A DNA stretch of 62,996 bases, counting the filler. It is 8 parts of 8 records of this genome, joined end to end, with 100 filler letters (N's around TTAATTAATTAA, not from the genome) between each part and the next. Parts side by side here need not be neighbours in the genome. Positions count along the whole stretch, not along the records: positions 1 to 12,073 come from SRR31147125_3682; positions 12,174 to 22,888 come from SRR31147125_3690; 6 more parts are not named here. One strand, 5' to 3'. How positions within the stretch are numbered: the first letter of the stretch is position 1; each line of letters begins with the position of its first letter. A model generated the notes under the pieces. The model was given only the letters and a program-made list of their open reading frames with translations, searched no databases and had not been told where the DNA came from. Both the position numbers and the translations under genes were made by a program. This document shows, in pieces, positions 10,181-20,667 of this stretch.

Positions 10181-11130
10181 CATTTTATAACTTATTACAA
10201 AGCTCATTTGTCAGTATTATCCCTTTATTGATTGTTGCACTGGGTGCACTTGTTTCTGAACGAAGCGGTGTAACAAATATCGCACTTGAAGGTATTATGC
10301 TTATTGGTGCATTTGTTGGTATTTGGGTGATTAAGGATATTGAAGGATTAGGTATACCACTACAATTAGTATTTATCATTGGTATTATCGTCGGTGGTAT
10401 TGTCGGTGCACTCTATTCATTGATTCATGCGTATGCATCAATTAATATGAATGCCGATCAGATTATATCAGCAACCGCACTTAACTTATTCGCTCCAGCA
10501 TTTGTAGTTTTTACTGCAAGAACTATTCAAGGTGGGCAACAAGTCAAATTTAATTCAGTATTTAGAATTAGTGAAGTAGGTTTTTTATCAAAAATTCCAG
10601 TTATCGGTGATATTTTCTTTACCAATGCATTTATCTCAACATATATCGGTATTGCACTGCTTATTATTGTATTTGTATTTTTATACAGAACAAGAGCAGG
10701 ATTACGTATTCGCTCATGTGGTGAAAATCCGCATGCAGCCGATTCACTTGGAATTAATATTTATAAAATAAGATATTTCTCAGTATTAACATCAGGATTT
10801 TTTGCAGGTATGGGTGGTGTCATCTTTGTTGCAACAACTTCAAATACATTTGATGCGACTGTTGCAGGATTTGGTTTCTTATCACTTGCTGTATTAATCT
10901 TTGGTAATTGGCGTCCATTTAGAATTCTTGGTGCTGCCATATTCTTTGGTTTAATGAGAACAATTGCTTCATCAGTTGTTGCGATTCCATTCTTAAATGA
11001 TTTAAGTTTACCTGGTGAATTCTATCGTATGATTCCATATATTATGACACTCATTGTTTTAGCGTTTTTCTCTAAAAACAGTCAATCACCTAAAGCAGTT
11101 GGACAACCATACGATCAATCAAAACGATAA
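10177..11130 (+). CDS. nucleoside ABC transporter permease
   Basis: SERSGVTNIALEG, GLRIRSCGENPHAADSLGIN, FGNWRP. Confidence 0.92.
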   Translation: MTFYNLLQSSFVSIIPLLIVALGALVSERSGVTNIALEGIMLIGAFVGIWVIKDIEGLGIPLQLVFIIGIIVGGIVGALYSLIHAYASINMNADQIISATALNLFAPAFVVFTARTIQGGQQVKFNSVFRISEVGFLSKIPVIGDIFFTNAFISTYIGIALLIIVFVFLYRTRAGLRIRSCGENPHAADSLGINIYKIRYFSVLTSGFFAGMGGVIFVATTSNTFDATVAGFGFLSLAVLIFGNWRPFRILGAAIFFGLMRTIASSVVAIPFLNDLSLPGEFYRMIPYIMTLIVLAFFSKNSQSPKAVGQPYDQSKR

Positions 11131-11136
11131 ATAATG

Positions 11137-11164
11137 ACAGACATCCTTGCGATGTCTGTTTTTT
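11137..11164 (+). terminator. rho-independent terminator of ABC operon
   Basis: GACAGACATC-cttgc-GATGTCTGTT-TTTT. Confidence 0.75.
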
Positions 11165-11244
11165 AATATGATTAAGTTTCATATACAATTTAGTGATTAT
11201 TCATGATATAATAACGTTGTACAAATCATACAACGAAAGGGTAT

Positions 11245-12069
11245 ATGATGGATAAAATAATTAACCAATTAGAAAACATATTTTTCACAACACAAGAAGC
11301 TAAAATCTACATCCAATGCTTAAAGACTCCTGGTATCACCGTATTTCAAGCATCTAAGGCTTTACATGTATCTAGATCAAGTATATATCCAGTCATGCAA
11401 CGCATGACAGAAAAGGGTTATTTGTTGCTTGAACAAGGAGACAAAGATTTATACTATAGTGAAAAACCTGATATCTTGCTAGAACATTTGAAAAATACTT
11501 ATAATCAACAAATTGACGCATTAAAAGAAGATTTAAAAGATGTTCCAAGAGAAATCGATCAAGAACCTTATTTGAATCTACATGGATTTAAAGCAATCAT
11601 AGGAAAAGCAAGAACGATGATTTATGGTGCAAAAGATGACATCTATCTAAATACAGATCTCAATTTAACATTACTAGAAGATGCACTAAGATTTTTAGAA
11701 CCAAAAGGTGTTGATATTTATGCTTTTTCTTTTCAAAAACAGCAAATGGTTCACCTGGGTATGAAAATTTATTCACATGAATATCCAAATTTTAATCCCT
11801 CAAGACTCATGTTAGTCATTGATCAAAAAGAAGTGCTTGTTGCGAATTTAAATGAACAATCCAAACAATGGAGTGCGACATATACAAAAAATCCTTTAAT
11901 GGTATCTATTATTTCTGAACATATTCATCATGATATTTATTTACTCAAATTAGAACAAAAATATAAAAAAGATTTATTTGAAATATATCCGAATTTAGAG
12001 ATAGGTTCTAAGCAAGAAAAAAGACCTGAAAACAAAACAAATATATTCCCATTTAAAAACTATGATTAA
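11245..12069 (+). CDS. TrmB family transcriptional regulator
   Basis: FTTQEAKIY..L, HTH VSRSSIY, C-terminal RLMLVID..EVL and SEHIHHDIYL. Confidence 0.82.
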   Translation: MMDKIINQLENIFFTTQEAKIYIQCLKTPGITVFQASKALHVSRSSIYPVMQRMTEKGYLLLEQGDKDLYYSEKPDILLEHLKNTYNQQIDALKEDLKDVPREIDQEPYLNLHGFKAIIGKARTMIYGAKDDIYLNTDLNLTLLEDALRFLEPKGVDIYAFSFQKQQMVHLGMKIYSHEYPNFNPSRLMLVIDQKEVLVANLNEQSKQWSATYTKNPLMVSIISEHIHHDIYLLKLEQKYKKDLFEIYPNLEIGSKQEKRPENKTNIFPFKNYD

Positions 12070-12073
12070 AAAA

Positions 12074-12173
12074 NNNNNNNNNNNNNNNNNNNNNNNNNNN
12101 NNNNNNNNNNNNNNNNNTTAATTAATTAANNNNNNNNNNNNNNNNNNNNNNNNNNNNNNNNNNNNNNNNNNNN
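12074..12173. other. artificial contig spacer
   Basis: N44-TTAATTAATTAA-N44, stops in all six frames. Confidence 0.99.
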
Positions 12174-12227
12174 GGGAACGCCCGAAAGCACTCCCCTAAT
12201 AGATCTTATAACTAAAAAATACATTTT

Positions 12228-13433
12228 CTAACTCAAGAACGAAATCAGCACACCGGCTGCAACGGCCGAGCCAATTACACCCGAAATGTTACTGGCCATA
12301 CAATACTGAAGTATGTGGTTTCGTTTGTCGTATTTTAATGCCAGCTCGTTGGCAACACGCGATGCCATTGGCACTGCACTTAAACCGGTTGCTCCAATAA
12401 GCGGATTGATTTTCTTTTTAGCGAACATGTTGTAAATCTTCACTGCAAAAATTCCACCGGCAATGGAAATAGCGAAGGCCACAAAACCACCTACCACAAT
12501 CCCTAATGTTTTGGCATTGAGGAAAACTTCCGAAGTCATGGTTGCACCTACGGTTAAACCAAGAAAAATGGTAGCTGTGTTCATAATTGGACCTTGTGCA
12601 GCTTCGGCCAAACGGCTGGTGCTCGAACCAATTTCTTTAATCAGGTTACCAAACAACAGCATTCCCAGCAGTGGCACCGACGAAGGTACAAGAACTGCAG
12701 CCAGTGTTCCCAAAGCAATTGGGAAAATAATTTTGGCGGTTCTCATATCTTTAATCTCATGCTTTGCAGGAAATTGTTTCTCCATCTGTTTCATGTTAAT
12801 TGTAAACTCTTTTTTAGAGATTAACAATTTCGAAACCAAAGGAATAATTACCGGAACCAGTGCCATGTACGAGTATGCAGCAATCGCAATTGGACCAAGC
12901 AAATGCGGCGCCAGTTTAATGGTTGTGTAAATAGCCGTTGGACCATCGGCACCACCAATAATACCAAGCGAAGCAGCTTCCTGTGGAGTAAAACCAACAG
13001 CAATAGCACCAAGCAGGATACTAAAAATACCAATTTGTGCAGCAGCACCAAACAAGGCCAGTTTCAGGTTACGAAGCATAGGGCCAAAGTCGGTGAGTAC
13101 ACCCACTCCCATAAAAATTATAGGAGGTAGCAAACCTGTTTTAATCAGCGAATAATACAGGTAATTCATAATCCCGTATTCATGCGCTATTTCAAACAAG
13201 TTCATATATCGGTGTCCTTCCAGCTCAATCAGTTCCGAGTCGACAATACCCATTTGGGCGCCCGGAAAGTTGGCCAACAACACACCAAAGGCAATAGGAA
13301 TGAGCAACAAAGGCTCATATCCTTTTTTAATTCCTAAATAGAGCAGCACAAACGAAATCGCCCACATAAGCAATGTTTGCCAGGTGATTTCAGCAAATGC
13401 TGTCATATTAAATAATTCTGTTAAAATTTCCAT
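12228..13433 (-). CDS. oadB: sodium ion-translocating decarboxylase beta subunit
   Basis: EPLLLIPIAFG, GIIGGADGPT, IAIAAYSYMALVP, SAVPMASRV. Confidence 0.93.
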   Translation of the reverse strand: MEILTELFNMTAFAEITWQTLLMWAISFVLLYLGIKKGYEPLLLIPIAFGVLLANFPGAQMGIVDSELIELEGHRYMNLFEIAHEYGIMNYLYYSLIKTGLLPPIIFMGVGVLTDFGPMLRNLKLALFGAAAQIGIFSILLGAIAVGFTPQEAASLGIIGGADGPTAIYTTIKLAPHLLGPIAIAAYSYMALVPVIIPLVSKLLISKKEFTINMKQMEKQFPAKHEIKDMRTAKIIFPIALGTLAAVLVPSSVPLLGMLLFGNLIKEIGSSTSRLAEAAQGPIMNTATIFLGLTVGATMTSEVFLNAKTLGIVVGGFVAFAISIAGGIFAVKIYNMFAKKKINPLIGATGLSAVPMASRVANELALKYDKRNHILQYCMASNISGVIGSAVAAGVLISFLS

Positions 13434-13442
13434 AAACTTTGC

Positions 13443-15338
13443 TTATGCCAATTTTATCAAAACGTCGTCTTCTTCAACTGTGTCGCCGTTTGCTTTCACT
13501 ATTTCAACCACTTTACCGGCTTTCTCAGCAACAACAGCATTATATGTTTTCATCGATTCGATGTAACAAACCAAATCTCCCTCTTTAACAGAATCGCCAA
13601 CTTTCAATGCAGTTTCTGTATTATCTTTAGTAAGCATAAACTTACCTTCGAGCGGAGCAATTACCTCAACTGCGCTACCATTAACCGGAGCAGGAGCTGC
13701 TTGTGGTGCCGCTGCAGGAGCGTCGGCTTTAGCAGGAGCTTCAGCAGTTTCGCCATACGATACATTTACATTGAATTTCTCGCCGTTAACATCAACAATC
13801 ATCGACTTTGGTTCGAGAGAAGCACCTGCTGCAGGAGCCGTAGCTATACCATCGGCACATTTTTGCTTTTTAGCTTTTGCGTCTATTTTACGTGCTAAAT
13901 CTTCTTCGAAATCTTGTTTTGCCTTACCCGATTTGTATGCGCGATACTGCTCAGGGTGCATAGCCAATTCCAGCAATTCTTCGTCGTCCTGACCAAAGTC
14001 CCAGTTGTTTTCTTTCATTTCTTTTTTGAAAGTATCAAGGTCGTTCGGATACAAATCCTGAGGAACACCGGTATAGAAACGTTTTCCATTGGTTTCGGCA
14101 AGGTGAATAATTTCCGGGTCTAATTCTCCCGGTAAATTACCCGATTTACCAATAATCATATCCCAAATGTTATCGGCAATCATACTCCAACGCTCGCGGC
14201 CTTTAATCATCTGAATAACATTCATTAAAGCCAGGTTTTTCACATACTGACTGAATGGTGTTACAAGTGGTGGATAACCTAATTTTGGCCAAATATATTC
14301 AACTTCCTCAAACAACTTAATAAGAAGGTCGTCTTGAGTAAGTGTTGGTTTATCGCGTTTTGCAAGCCACTTGTTCAAGCTTTTCAGGTTCGAACCAAGG
14401 TCCGCCATTAAACTTCCCATCATTCCGCCAGGAAGACCAGAACCAATCAATAGAGAGTTCATGTGGCGGTTTTTAGGATTAATATAATAACCAAGGAAAT
14501 CGTCGATAAACTCCTGTGTCATCGAACGCACTTCCATGTAGGCTTTCATATTAATGTCTTTCACTTTAAAACCTGCATCTTTTAACATACCATGAACGGC
14601 CAAAACATCGGCGTGACCGGTACCCCACGATAGTGGCTCCATAGCAACGTCAACATAATCAACACCGGCACGGGCAGCTTCTAAAATACTTGCCATCGAG
14701 AAACCTGGGCCCGAGTGTCCGTGGTACTGAACAATAGTTTCGGGATGCGCCTTTTTAATATTTTTAATGATTTTACCGATGAATGCAGGACGACCAATAC
14801 CGGCCATATCTTTCACACAAATTTCGTCGGCACCCATTTCAATTAAAGTGTTCGCCAAATTGGTGTAATACTCAACCGTGTGAACTTTCGAAATGGTTAA
14901 ACTCAATGCTGCCTGGGCAATCATTCCACCTTCTTTGGCGAATTTAATCGAGTTTTCAAGGTTACGAGGGTCGTTCAATCCACAGAAAGAACGTGCAATA
15001 TCGGTACCCTGTAATTTTTTCACTTTAAACATTAACTTACGAACATCGGCTGGAACCGGGCTCATACGAATACCATTTAAAGCACGCTCTAACATATGCG
15101 TTTGAATACCGGCATCGTTAAATGGCTGTGTCCAGCGGCGGTTAGCCACGTTTGGATTTTCGCCAAAAAGGAGGTTAATCTGTTCAAATCCTCCACCATT
15201 GGTCTCGACCCTGTCGAAACATCCCATATCTATAATTGCAGGAGCAACTTTTTCTAATTGGTCTACTTTGGGAACATATTTCCCTGACGATTGCCACATA
15301 TCTCTATACAGCAAACTAAATTTAATCTCTCTCTTCAT
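13443..15338 (-). CDS. oadA: oxaloacetate decarboxylase alpha-like carboxyltransferase with biotin carrier domain
   Basis: RD.WQS, KDMAG, H.HSGPG, GYPPLVTPFSQ, Ala/Pro linker, ESMK biotinylation site. Confidence 0.88.
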   Translation of the reverse strand: MKREIKFSLLYRDMWQSSGKYVPKVDQLEKVAPAIIDMGCFDRVETNGGGFEQINLLFGENPNVANRRWTQPFNDAGIQTHMLERALNGIRMSPVPADVRKLMFKVKKLQGTDIARSFCGLNDPRNLENSIKFAKEGGMIAQAALSLTISKVHTVEYYTNLANTLIEMGADEICVKDMAGIGRPAFIGKIIKNIKKAHPETIVQYHGHSGPGFSMASILEAARAGVDYVDVAMEPLSWGTGHADVLAVHGMLKDAGFKVKDINMKAYMEVRSMTQEFIDDFLGYYINPKNRHMNSLLIGSGLPGGMMGSLMADLGSNLKSLNKWLAKRDKPTLTQDDLLIKLFEEVEYIWPKLGYPPLVTPFSQYVKNLALMNVIQMIKGRERWSMIADNIWDMIIGKSGNLPGELDPEIIHLAETNGKRFYTGVPQDLYPNDLDTFKKEMKENNWDFGQDDEELLELAMHPEQYRAYKSGKAKQDFEEDLARKIDAKAKKQKCADGIATAPAAGASLEPKSMIVDVNGEKFNVNVSYGETAEAPAKADAPAAAPQAAPAPVNGSAVEVIAPLEGKFMLTKDNTETALKVGDSVKEGDLVCYIESMKTYNAVVAEKAGKVVEIVKANGDTVEEDDVLIKLA

Positions 15339-15368
15339 TTCAGTCTTTATTATAGTTCTAATTGATTT

Positions 15369-15614
15369 TTAAATTTTCTCTACCGAGCTAACTTTACCTC
15401 TTCCTTTTGTGGTAAGTTCAACTGCTGAAATAATTGCTGCCAGCTTGGCTGGTTCAATTTCTGTACTATTTTTCGGTTTTGTCGTGGACGCTACCGGAGC
15501 GACAGCAAACTTATTTGTAATTCTGATAATTAAGTTTCCGAGTAGTACCACCATTATCAAAATGAAAAAAACGGTGCTCATACCTGTGAGCATTAATTTT
15601 AAAGCTTCAGCCAT
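15369..15614 (-). CDS. oadG: decarboxylase gamma subunit (OadG family)
   Basis: GMSTVF..L TM helix, AAIISAV; first gene of oad operon. Confidence 0.85.
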   Translation of the reverse strand: MAEALKLMLTGMSTVFFILIMVVLLGNLIIRITNKFAVAPVASTTKPKNSTEIEPAKLAAIISAVELTTKGRGKVSSVEKI

Positions 15615-15891
15615 TTTTAGTTTTCGAATTAAATTGATTTTAAAGCGTGCAAATATAAAATTGTGTTTTAATTGCGGGGAGACTTCTGCTTACGATTTGA
15701 AAGAAAATAGGATTTTTTAACATTAAATCGTAAGAAATAAATAAAGAAAATTTTCTTTTTATTATTTTTTGCGTAGTATTATATTAACCATCGCAATAAC
15801 ACACAAATCCTGTTAACCCAATCTGTTGTAAAACATATATCCAAAATATTTAACATTGAAATTATATTTATTGAAAGTTAGAAGCAGGAAT

Positions 15892-16362
15892 TTACTCCTC
15901 TCCACTTTTTTGCAACAATTTAATAGTTCCGTGTTTCAACTTCCTGTCTCTAACAAGCAAGGTTGTTACCGGAGCTTTTGATTTTGCATTAATAATCATG
16001 TCGTGCCCCAGGCAAAGTCCCATCGCAATATTCATTTCAGTATTTCTTTCGGCTAAATACATGGCCTGCCCTACCGGATTGCAGCTTGTTCCTTTATATC
16101 CTTCCAATATATCATCAAAAGGTACTTTCCCGTATTTACAGTTCACTTTTTCAACCTGAAAGCCCTCATCAACAAGGATGCTTTCCAATACACCCGTTTC
16201 TTTCGTCACCGATGTACAGTAGTCTATTCCAATTTTCTTACACTTAGCTTCTTTCGCATAAGCGATAATCTCCTGAATTCTGTCGTTGGAACGAATTTTC
16301 GAATCGTCGGCAGTTTTCATTATTGCTTTATCGTCGGCACTGTAACAATTCTTAAAATTCAT
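15892..16362 (-). CDS. DUF1847 family Cys-rich putative metal-binding protein
   Basis: RIQEII.YA....KKIGI.YC, CK.G, CNP.GQA, GLC.GHD, PVTTL.V.DR. Confidence 0.8.
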   Translation of the reverse strand: MNFKNCYSADDKAIMKTADDSKIRSNDRIQEIIAYAKEAKCKKIGIDYCTSVTKETGVLESILVDEGFQVEKVNCKYGKVPFDDILEGYKGTSCNPVGQAMYLAERNTEMNIAMGLCLGHDMIINAKSKAPVTTLLVRDRKLKHGTIKLLQKSGEE

Positions 16363-16371
16363 AAGTATTTA

Positions 16372-16430
16372 TCTTGACTCCTGGATCTCGTCTTTTGGAT
16401 CTTGATTCTTGACTCTTGACTCTTGACTCT
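16372..16430. repeat. degenerate heptamer tandem repeat (TCTTGAC)n
   Basis: tcttgac tcctgga ... tcttgat tcttgac tcttgac tcttgac tct filling the intergenic gap. Confidence 0.85.
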
Positions 16431-16431
16431 A

Positions 16432-17811
16432 CTAACACATTTGTTTAACAGCACTAATGGCAGCCATTGCTACCGGATAAGCTGTTGGGCCGGCAGTAAG
16501 CCTGGGTTGCGTGCCATATTGTATCAAGGCAAGTTCCGAAGCTGTCATGTTTTTCTGAATGGCCAGCCCGAGCATGTTTATCATTTCGCCTGTTGAATCG
16601 CCACCAATAACCTGGGCACCTAAAATCACGCCACTTCCTTTCGAAAAAATAAGTTTCACCATTTGTTTCGAAGTATCGGGCAAGGTAGCCGGATGATGAT
16701 CAACGCCGCTATTCTGTCCGACAATTATATTAAAACCTTCGTTGCTTGCCTGTTTTTCGGTAAGGCCGGCAGCTCCCATCGAAATCTCATTGAGCGAAGT
16801 TGAAAAAATGGCAATACTTCCTTTGGTTTGACGGATAATCCGCAAATTGTAAAGGTTCATTCCGGCAATACGTGCTTCCGAAGCTGCAGTTGAGGCCAGC
16901 ATAAGTTTCGATTGTTTGCGGGTAAAATAGTCGCGGTGCTCGACACAATCGCCCACTGCAAAAACATCCTTAATATTGGTTCGCATATATTCATCGGTAA
17001 TAATTCCACCGTAAATACCAATGTCGATACCACAGGCTTTTGCCAGCGTAACATTCGACCTGTAGCCAATAGAAAGAATTACGCGGTCGGCTTTAATTTC
17101 GTCGCCACTTTTTAGTTTTATTGCACTTACTTTTCCGTTTTCGCCCACAATTTCATCTACCATGGTATCTGTACGAATATTTACACCATGATTTTTTAGA
17201 ATTGCCGCAGCCGGTTCAACCACATCGTTATCGAAAGCCAGTGGTAAAATGGAATCCATAGATTCTATAAGCGTAACATTTTTACATACTTTGCTAAGTT
17301 CGTCGCTCATTTCAACACCAATAAAGCCGGCACCAACTACCACAATGTTTTCACCTTTTATTAACTGTGGTTGAATCGATTTTATGTATTCCAGCTCTTT
17401 CCGAATGGTTACCACACCCTCTAAATCGGCTCCGGGAATAGGTGGCACAAAAGGCTCCGAACCGGTAGCCACAATCAACTTATCGTACGAAACAGGCTCA
17501 TTGGTTTTCAAACTCAATTGTTTATTATCGCTGTCAATTGCGGTAACTTCATCAACAAGAAGTTCTATCCCCGCTTTTTTAAAACGTTCAGGATTAACCA
17601 CATTCGCATCTACATTTTCAAGCGTTCCGAATGTGTAAGGAATTCCGCAAGGAACAAGTGATGCCGGTTCCTTTCTAATTATCAATATTGATTTATCGGT
17701 GTGCAACATTTTTGCAGAAATTGCTGCAGCTGCTCCGGCAGGATTACCGCCAATTATTACTACGTCGTAATTCATTTTATTATATTTCATTTGTATTCTC
17801 TTTTTTAGCAA
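16432..17811 (-). CDS. FAD-dependent pyridine nucleotide-disulfide oxidoreductase (CoA-disulfide reductase/NADH oxidase-like); start may be slightly downstream
   Basis: IIGG.PAG, single redox Cys PCGIPY, VVVGAGFIGVE, FAVGDC, ILGAQ. Confidence 0.85.
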   Translation of the reverse strand: MLKKRIQMKYNKMNYDVVIIGGNPAGAAAAISAKMLHTDKSILIIRKEPASLVPCGIPYTFGTLENVDANVVNPERFKKAGIELLVDEVTAIDSDNKQLSLKTNEPVSYDKLIVATGSEPFVPPIPGADLEGVVTIRKELEYIKSIQPQLIKGENIVVVGAGFIGVEMSDELSKVCKNVTLIESMDSILPLAFDNDVVEPAAAILKNHGVNIRTDTMVDEIVGENGKVSAIKLKSGDEIKADRVILSIGYRSNVTLAKACGIDIGIYGGIITDEYMRTNIKDVFAVGDCVEHRDYFTRKQSKLMLASTAASEARIAGMNLYNLRIIRQTKGSIAIFSTSLNEISMGAAGLTEKQASNEGFNIIVGQNSGVDHHPATLPDTSKQMVKLIFSKGSGVILGAQVIGGDSTGEMINMLGLAIQKNMTASELALIQYGTQPRLTAGPTAYPVAMAAISAVKQMC

Positions 17812-18263
17812 ACAGTCTCAACTCCTTTTTTAACAGCTCGTTTCATTATTCCTTTATCGATGAAAAAGAGTTTATGCTCCTCCGGTTTTTCTTCCAGTTC
17901 ATCAGTGAACCATTGCATTTTTGCCGACAGTATTGACAATACTTCCTGGGGCGAATTATTGCGAATAATTACCGGTATAAAATGCTTGTTTACCATCTGA
18001 ATATTCAGTCCGAATTGTTGAGAGACCAAAACATCTACACCACTTGTTTTCAGCAGCGAGATTATTGAATTACCCTTCTTTTTCGAACCATGCGCTGCTT
18101 CTTCATCCATTGTTTTGTACGCATTAATATGTTCTTCTATAAAATGGAAATCCCCTTCTTTAAAATCGTACACCAAAAACTTTTCAGCATCGCCAAAATG
18201 TTTTGCCTCGAAATTATTTTTGTGGCTTACCGCAAATGCAAACCTTATATTGTCTTGTTTCAT
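17805..18263 (-). CDS. NifB/NifX (dinitrogenase FeMo-cofactor) family protein
   Basis: AFAV....HFGDA.KFLVYD, GVDVLVS.QFG. Confidence 0.8.
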   Translation of the reverse strand: MKQDNIRFAFAVSHKNNFEAKHFGDAEKFLVYDFKEGDFHFIEEHINAYKTMDEEAAHGSKKKGNSIISLLKTSGVDVLVSQQFGLNIQMVNKHFIPVIIRNNSPQEVLSILSAKMQWFTDELEEKPEEHKLFFIDKGIMKRAVKKGVETVC

Positions 18264-18477
18264 GACCGTTTATTTTTGATGACAAAATTAGTTGCACAAT
18301 ACAGTTGCGGCAAGAAATCGGTATTGGAGTATTCGGCACCGAAAATTGAAATTTGATAAGATTTTTATGATGAGATGACAACCTAAATTCAGCTTTCAAA
18401 CCGATTATTCAAAAATGCAGTTTGATTTTAAGGCACGATAAGTAAATTTGCTCCTGATTTGCATACAATTAAAAAAC

Positions 18478-19149
18478 ATGAAAGAAAACCTTAATAATGC
18501 ATCGCACTGTTTTCAGAACCTGAGTCCTGAAGATTTAGCAATAGTTAGCGAAAACAGAAAGCAGGTTACTTTTTTTAAAGATGAAACCATTTTTAAACAG
18601 GAAGCTTTTGCACCGCATGTTATGTTTGTAAACAAGGGCTTGGCTCGTGTTTATTTGCAAACCGACCGCAACAAACAAGTTAATATTCGTTTGGCTAAAA
18701 GTGGCGGCATTCTTGCCTTTTCCTCGGTTTTTAAACGCAAAACATACCTCTACTCGGCGGTTGCGTTAAAAGACTCGTGCATTTGCATGGTCGACAAAGA
18801 AGCACTAACAAAACTGATTCAGAGAAACCACGAGTTCGCCATGCAAATTAGTTCGATAAACAGCAACAACGAATTGCGCTACATCGATATTATCCAGAAT
18901 ATTTCGTACAAACAAATGCGTGGCAAACTGGCATCGGCCCTGCTCTATTTATCATCTGACGAATTTAAAGACGAAAATGTATTCGAATATTTAACCCGCC
19001 AAAATATTGCCGACTTTGCATCAATCAGTGTTGAAAGCACCGTTAAATTCTTAAAAGAATTTGAGAAGGAAAAAGTTATAGGACTCGACGGCAAAAACAT
19101 TATTGTTGAAAATTACGAGAAGTTGGAAGAATTAAACCTGCACGGATAA
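18478..19149 (+). CDS. Crp/Fnr family transcriptional regulator
   Basis: cNMP-binding fold (FKDETIFKQ, YSAVAL), C-terminal LTRQNIADFASIS.ES HTH; ATG 18478 preferred over ORF start 18448. Confidence 0.88.
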   Translation: MKENLNNASHCFQNLSPEDLAIVSENRKQVTFFKDETIFKQEAFAPHVMFVNKGLARVYLQTDRNKQVNIRLAKSGGILAFSSVFKRKTYLYSAVALKDSCICMVDKEALTKLIQRNHEFAMQISSINSNNELRYIDIIQNISYKQMRGKLASALLYLSSDEFKDENVFEYLTRQNIADFASISVESTVKFLKEFEKEKVIGLDGKNIIVENYEKLEELNLHG

Positions 19150-19160
19150 AATCCAAAGAA

Positions 19161-19643
19161 ATGACAGAACAATACACAACAATAATGGTATCGTATTTCG
19201 GGAAAGACTTGCACCGAATTAACCATGCATTAAAAGTTTTGGGTTTTGCCAGTTGCATTGCCGATGCAGAACAATTAAGCAGCGAACAAATAAGAACCAT
19301 CAAACTGGCAGCTATTTTTCACGACATTGGTATTCCCGAGGCTGAAAAGAAATACAATTCAAGCGCCGGCCACCTTCAGGAAAAAGAAGGACCGGCTGTA
19401 GCTCGCGAATTACTTGCCTCTGAAAATATTCCATCGGAAATGCTCGAACGTGTTTGTTTCTTAATTGGCAACCATCACTCCTATAAAAACATTGATGGAA
19501 TTGATTTCCAGATTTTAATTGAAGCCGATTTTCTGGTAAATGTTTTCGAAGATGAAATGTCGACAGAGACGGTAGAAAAGGTAAAGCGTAATATTTTTAA
19601 AACGAAATCGGGCACGCAAATGCTTGAAACTATGTATTTATGA
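19161..19643 (+). CDS. HD domain phosphohydrolase
   Basis: RINHALKV, AAIFHDIG, HH, ILIEAD. Confidence 0.85.
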   Translation: MTEQYTTIMVSYFGKDLHRINHALKVLGFASCIADAEQLSSEQIRTIKLAAIFHDIGIPEAEKKYNSSAGHLQEKEGPAVARELLASENIPSEMLERVCFLIGNHHSYKNIDGIDFQILIEADFLVNVFEDEMSTETVEKVKRNIFKTKSGTQMLETMYL

Positions 19644-19674
19644 TAAAGGACAATTGGGCGACAGAAAAAACTTT

Positions 19675-20571
19675 ATGAAAGACATACTTCAGAATAACTT
19701 AATTCTTTGCGAAGGTACAATTAACGAGCGCATAAGACGTTCGAGTACAAAACTCCACCCTACTCTGGCAAATGCACCGTTAATTTACACCGAGGATAAA
19801 TCTTTTTTAGCCAACATCTACAAAAGTTATTTAAAAATTGCCCAAAGAGCAGGCTTGCCTATTTTTATGTACACACCTACCTGTAAAGCAAACAAAGAAA
19901 GAGTAAAAGCATCGGGAATAAACACAAAAGTTAATCAGGATGCTGCCCGTTTTATGCAGGAAGTAAGAGATGCATTTTTTGAATTTTCCTCAAAAATTAA
20001 AATAGGAGGTTTAATGGGGCCAAAAAACGATTGTTATACGCCCGAAGTTGGTCTATCTGTTGTAGAAGCTGAAGAATTTCACGACTGGCAAATTAACGCA
20101 CTGGCCGAAGGTGGGGTTGATTTTATTGTTGCCGAAACCTTGCCTGCATTAAACGAAGCGCTTGGTATTGCACAAGCAGCAGCAAAAACAGGCACGCCAT
20201 ACATTATTAGTTTTGTTATTTCACGAGATGGCAAAATTCTGGATGGCACAGATTTATACGATGCCTTTCAAACTATTGATTCCGAAGTTTCGGTACCTCC
20301 TATTGGATATGCGGTAAATTGTGCGCATCCATCTTTTCTTTGCCCCGAAACACAAAACAAAGTCATGTTTAAACGGCTAATTGCGTTTAATGCCAATTCA
20401 TCGTCGCTCGACCATTGCGATTTGGAAAACGCCGATTGTTTACATATTGACGATATTCAGGAATGGGGCGACCAAATGCTGGAATTAAATCAGAAATGGG
20501 GAATTAAGATTTTAGGAGGTTGCTGTGGTGCGGGAGTTAAACATATTCAGTATTTGGTTGATAATTATTAA
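19675..20571 (+). CDS. homocysteine S-methyltransferase family protein
   Basis: GVDFIVAETL, VNC, C-terminal GGCCG zinc motif. Confidence 0.85.
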   Translation: MKDILQNNLILCEGTINERIRRSSTKLHPTLANAPLIYTEDKSFLANIYKSYLKIAQRAGLPIFMYTPTCKANKERVKASGINTKVNQDAARFMQEVRDAFFEFSSKIKIGGLMGPKNDCYTPEVGLSVVEAEEFHDWQINALAEGGVDFIVAETLPALNEALGIAQAAAKTGTPYIISFVISRDGKILDGTDLYDAFQTIDSEVSVPPIGYAVNCAHPSFLCPETQNKVMFKRLIAFNANSSSLDHCDLENADCLHIDDIQEWGDQMLELNQKWGIKILGGCCGAGVKHIQYLVDNY

Positions 20572-20667
20572 ATTTCTTAGTATTTCGACTAATTCAAGAA
20601 AACACTGAAAGGAAGGTATTTAAATAGAAAATCGTAACTTTGATTCATCATTCAACGAGCTGAAAAA

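Noticed and set aside
16372-16430. CRISPR array
   Set aside because: 7-bp tandem units without spacers, and no cas genes in the window.
17805-18263. Nitrogen fixation cluster
   Set aside because: Only a stand-alone NifB/NifX-family domain; no nifHDK or nifEN.
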